Assembly: GCA_947625435.1 (NCBI GenBank)
Contig: CANQOI010000003.1
Span: 1,591-65,590 of the forward strand
Direction of reading: 5' to 3'
DNA: 64,000 bases
Origin: an uncultured Clostridia bacterium
Lineage (GTDB): Bacteria; Bacillota; Clostridia; UBA1212; UBA1255
Numbering within the stretch: position 1 is the stretch's first letter; the number at the start of each line of letters is the position of its first letter. The position numbers were made by a program, and so were the translations under genes. Below the pieces are notes generated by a model that worked only from the letters and a program-made list of their open reading frames with translations, searched no databases and had not been told where the DNA came from. Below are positions 60,903 to 64,000 of this stretch, piece by piece.

Positions 60903-60922
60903 CGGGTAACGCGATCAAAGTA

Positions 60923-61240
60923 TCACTGTTTAACTTTGATCTCTATATCCACGCCTGCCGGCAGATCGAGACGCATGAGTGCGTCAACAGTCTTGGGCGA
61001 AGGCATAAGGATGTCTATGAGCCTCTTGTGTGTCCTCATTTCAAACTGTTCGCGCGAATCTTTATATTTATGAGGAGCACGAAGTATCGTTACGACTTCT
61101 CTGTCTGTCGGGAGCGGTATCGGACCTGAAACCACGGCATCCGTGCGTTTTGCAGTGTCGACGATCTTCTGAGCCGCCTGATCGAGCAGCTGGAAATCGT
61201 AAGCCTTTAATTTGATTCTGATTTTCTGTTTGTTTGCCAT
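60923..61240 (-). CDS. rpsJ: 30S ribosomal protein S10
   Basis: [29 protein letters not shown]... Confidence 0.98.
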   Translation of the reverse strand: MANKQKIRIKLKAYDFQLLDQAAQKIVDTAKRTDAVVSGPIPLPTDREVVTILRAPHKYKDSREQFEMRTHKRLIDILMPSPKTVDALMRLDLPAGVDIEIKVKQ

Positions 61241-61559
61241 ACATAATCCTCTTTCTTTAGATGTTTTGTTACGTATAACAGCTTGCGCACCTTTTCTGTT
61301 TTTCTGTCACCGTGCCGTGTGTTTCACGTTTTGGGCAATAAAAAAACCAAATTGAAATATCCTTCTTCGGAAGGATTCCAAGTTGGGCATAAAATCTGAA
61401 ACATACAGCAGAATAACATCTATACAGTATTCAGTGCATGACTTGTCGCCCGGTTTCACGAATCGGACATTCTCCACATGAGTTACCTGCCCATGCACGG
61501 TTGATCATCCGCGCGGCAGCAATCTCCTGCTTCATCGTCTGTCAAGTCGCAACAGGCGA

Positions 61560-61588
61560 ATTATACTCTATACGATATGAGATGGCAA
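61560..61588 (-). promoter_or_regulatory. candidate sigma-A promoter of the S10 operon (implies a roughly 310-nt leader)
   Basis: Minus strand reads TTGCCA (61588-61583), 17-nt spacer, TATAAT (61565-61560). Confidence 0.5.
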
Positions 61589-61828
61589 GCCCTTTTTACC
61601 GGGCGCAGCGGGCTTTGGATTGTAAACTTTTTGTGAACAAACGGCGTTTCAAAATAAAGAAAGGGAGCGGCACCCTCACGTGAATTATTAGGGGAGAGAT
61701 TCACAATCGATAAAAAAGAGGTATGCACGAACTCCCATGGGCGTATGATACATCACGAATATGAATTAAAAACACTTATTAAGCTAACGAAATGTTAACT
61801 AAAACCGCTCTGTTTACGGGCATTATAT

Positions 61829-62689
61829 TCAGTCGTGCAGTCCCTTCGTTTCCCTGACCTCATTTACTATTATGAAAGCGTTCGGGTCGCACTTATCTAC
61901 TATCTTCCTTATCTGCGGGAGCTGCCTGTTATATACGATGCACCAGAGTATAGAAACGGATTTTCCTGTGTACATTCCCTCTCCCGTGAGCTTTGTGACG
62001 CCTCTTTTCATATGTTCGAGTATCTCCTGCGCCATTTCGTCCGGGTTCTCGGTGACTATATAAAGCTCCTTTGCGTAGTTGACGCCCGCTTCCACCACAT
62101 CTATTATTTTCGAAGATACGAACACTGCTATCCCGCTGTACAGCGCCGCTATGGCCGATCTGAACGTCACTGTGACTATCACGAGGAAAAGTATGTCAAA
62201 AAACAGCACGAGCTGTCCGAGAGTGAGCCAGCTCATTTTACGTTGGAGGAGACGCGCACCTATATCGGTTCCTCCCGTCGTGGCGCCGCCCCTGAATATC
62301 ATGCCGTAGCCTATCCCTATGAAAAGTCCTCCCCATATCGCGTACAGCATCGTATGTGATTCTCCCTCCGCGTAAAATATTTTATAAACACTCCGGGGAA
62401 GGTGCGTGCACAGATCTACCATGACGGAGAAGAGGAATGTGCCCACGAAGCTTTTTATCGTAAACTCCTTGCCGAGAACTTTATAGCCAAGAATAAAAAG
62501 CGGCACATTGAGTACGAGCGTCATGAGACCTACAGGGAGCAGTCCTTTCGATACGGTGTTTATTATAACGGCAAGTCCGGATATGCCTCCCGGCGCTATG
62601 TTGTTTGGCTCCAGGAACAGATTGAGCCCTACGGCCGATATAAAAGAGCCGAACAGTATCATGGCTGTTTTCATTATCTTTTTTTTCAA
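61829..62689 (-). CDS. YitT-family membrane protein (DUF2179 C-terminal domain)
   Basis: FGSFISAVGLNLFLEPNNIAPGGISGLAVII...TGGTDI...IIVNEVRETKG. Confidence 0.85.
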   Translation of the reverse strand: MKKKIMKTAMILFGSFISAVGLNLFLEPNNIAPGGISGLAVIINTVSKGLLPVGLMTLVLNVPLFILGYKVLGKEFTIKSFVGTFLFSVMVDLCTHLPRSVYKIFYAEGESHTMLYAIWGGLFIGIGYGMIFRGGATTGGTDIGARLLQRKMSWLTLGQLVLFFDILFLVIVTVTFRSAIAALYSGIAVFVSSKIIDVVEAGVNYAKELYIVTENPDEMAQEILEHMKRGVTKLTGEGMYTGKSVSILWCIVYNRQLPQIRKIVDKCDPNAFIIVNEVRETKGLHD

Positions 62690-62847
62690 AAAAACGCCTC
62701 CCGGTACATCATCTTTTCATTCTCTATTATACATCGCGGTAAAATGCAATATGCCGCGTACGCTGTGTTATATTTTACATTAAGCGGGAGCATTTTTAAA
62801 GTAAAAATTTATTCATCAAACTGCTTTTTATTTTGCCAAAAGACAAG

Positions 62848-62876
62848 TTGCAATTAAAGTAAAACTATGCTATAAA
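62848..62876 (+). promoter_or_regulatory. candidate promoter of the glycosidase gene
   Basis: TTGCAA (62848-62853), 17-nt spacer, TATAAA (62871-62876). Confidence 0.45.
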
Positions 62877-62916
62877 AAGACCGTTGTAAAAATACTCCGA
62901 AGGATGGTAAACCCAT

Positions 62917-64000
62917 ATGATCACGAAACGAGTTACCCATGTGTGTACGACCGATAAAGAAAAGCAGCTTGCAAAGGACCGTCTGTCCGAGCTGTTCGGA
63001 TCGTACGACAGACTTCCGTTTTCCTTTAAAATAGGTGATAAGGCCTATCACGGTTTCGATGACGATTTCACCTATGTTTCACGAGAGACATCGGAAGAAC
63101 ATATTACGAAAAAGCACGCATCATACTCTGTAAAGAAAACGCTTATCACCGCGCGGCACACGAGCGGCACGGAGGTAACCTGCGAATGCTCCTACTATCA
63201 TGATTATGCTGTTTTTGAATGGGTGCTGCATTTCAGGAACACGGCGGACGTGAATTCTCCCTATATAAGCTGCGTGAATGCGGCGGATACGGATTTTACG
63301 GGAGCGTCGCCTGTGCTCGAATACTTCTTCGGAGATGACTGTTCCGATCAGAAGGCTATGAAGCCCTGCACTGCCGACCTTAATACGGGTCTTGCGATGG
63401 AATTTGAGCCCTTCGGAGGACGCCCCACCAATTTTCAGCTGCCGTTTTACCGCCTTTACTGCGGCGACACGGGTGCTGTCATTTCTGTGGGCTGGGCAGG
63501 CCAGTGGAGAGCCTGTTTTGATGCCCGGAACAGGATGGGAAGCGTTCATTTTACCGCCGGTCAGGCCGAGCTCTGCGGTTATCTGAAGCCGGGTGAGGAT
63601 ATACGCACGCCACTTATAACCGTGCTGAATTTTACGAGCTGTCCGGGATACAAGGTGACTGAGATGCGCGCGCTGAACCTCTGGAGAAGATGGCTTATAG
63701 ACTGCAATCTCAAAACGATAAACGGTGAGCTGTTCCCGCCCCGCTGCGCTGCGAGCACTTCATGGATATACGGTGAAATGCGCGATGCTACAGACCGCAA
63801 TCAGGTAGAGGCGTTTGATACATATATAAACAACGGACTCGATCTCGACTTCTGGTGGATGGACGCCGGATGGTATGTGAAGGACCCTGACGGCACGCCT
63901 ATCTCAAGCTGGGTGGAAACGGGCTCGTGGTACATCGATAAGAACCGGTTCCCTAGTGAAATGTCGGATGTTTCGAAGCACTGCGCGGAGCATAACGCAA
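62917..64000 (+). CDS. alpha-galactosidase-like glycoside hydrolase (GH36/clan GH-D-like), runs off the right edge
   Basis: Not in the ORF track (no stop in window). Own translation: MITKRVTHVCTTDKEKQLAKDRL...FEWVLHFRNTADVNSP...GLDLDFWWMDAGWY... The family call is from memory of the DxWWxDAGW barrel-start motif. Confidence 0.5.
   Translation, partial: MITKRVTHVCTTDKEKQLAKDRLSELFGSYDRLPFSFKIGDKAYHGFDDDFTYVSRETSEEHITKKHASYSVKKTLITARHTSGTEVTCECSYYHDYAVFEWVLHFRNTADVNSPYISCVNAADTDFTGASPVLEYFFGDDCSDQKAMKPCTADLNTGLAMEFEPFGGRPTNFQLPFYRLYCGDTGAVISVGWAGQWRACFDARNRMGSVHFTAGQAELCGYLKPGEDIRTPLITVLNFTSCPGYKVTEMRALNLWRRWLIDCNLKTINGELFPPRCAASTSWIYGEMRDATDRNQVEAFDTYINNGLDLDFWWMDAGWYVKDPDGTPISSWVETGSWYIDKNRFPSEMSDVSKHCAEHNA

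Noticed and set aside
61307-61498. 63-aa minus-strand ORF in the S10 leader
   Set aside because: It has a GTG start without an SD, an unremarkable composition, and it overlaps the predicted RNA helices. I treat it as non-coding.
1-64000. Scan for tRNA, rRNA, transposase/integrase, prophage, retron/DGR reverse transcriptase and restriction-modification genes
   Set aside because: By eye I recognised no T-loop (GGTTCGAATCC-type) cloverleaf candidates, no rRNA-like segments and no recombinase or RT motifs. A proper tRNAscan/Infernal/HMM run is still needed to confirm their absence.

Overview
64-kb chromosomal window from a spore-forming member of the Clostridia, roughly 50% G+C by eye. Sporulation genes present are dpaAB, spmAB, abrB and an alpha/beta-type SASP. 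The r-protein variants look Oscillospiraceae/Ruminococcaceae-like, but that lineage call is inference only. About 70% of the window is core information-processing DNA on the minus strand. It holds the S10-spc-alpha ribosomal cluster (rpsJ to rplQ, 45.4-61.2 kb, including secY-adk-map-infA-rpmJ and rpoA), then ecfA1-ecfA2-ecfT, nnrD-alr-mazEF, gltX-glnS, csoR-copA, and rpoB-rpoC-rpsL-rpsG-fusA-tuf (16.8-29.1 kb). The left part carries an LCP enzyme, a NusG paralogue, dpaAB, a GDPD, PFOR (nifJ), split transketolase plus rpiB, a decayed ATPase remnant and an orphan gene. The right edge has a YitT-family protein and a partial alpha-galactosidase-like gene. The one clearly accessory insertion is an AT-rich, tightly packed operon at 5.19-7.71 kb between the GDPD gene and nifJ. 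It encodes a Walker A/B ABC-like ATPase, an RloB/TOPRIM-like protein, and a downstream HExxH-motif reading frame split at a T5 run. This is my best candidate for a defence-type system: AbiL/PARIS-like architecture with an uncharacterised extra module. The second most interesting item is an orphan promoter-to-terminator structured RNA candidate (about 220 nt) at 30.48-30.77 kb that I could not assign to any family. I saw no rRNA, tRNA, CRISPR array, transposase or integrase. All family names come from motif recognition by eye; no searches were run.
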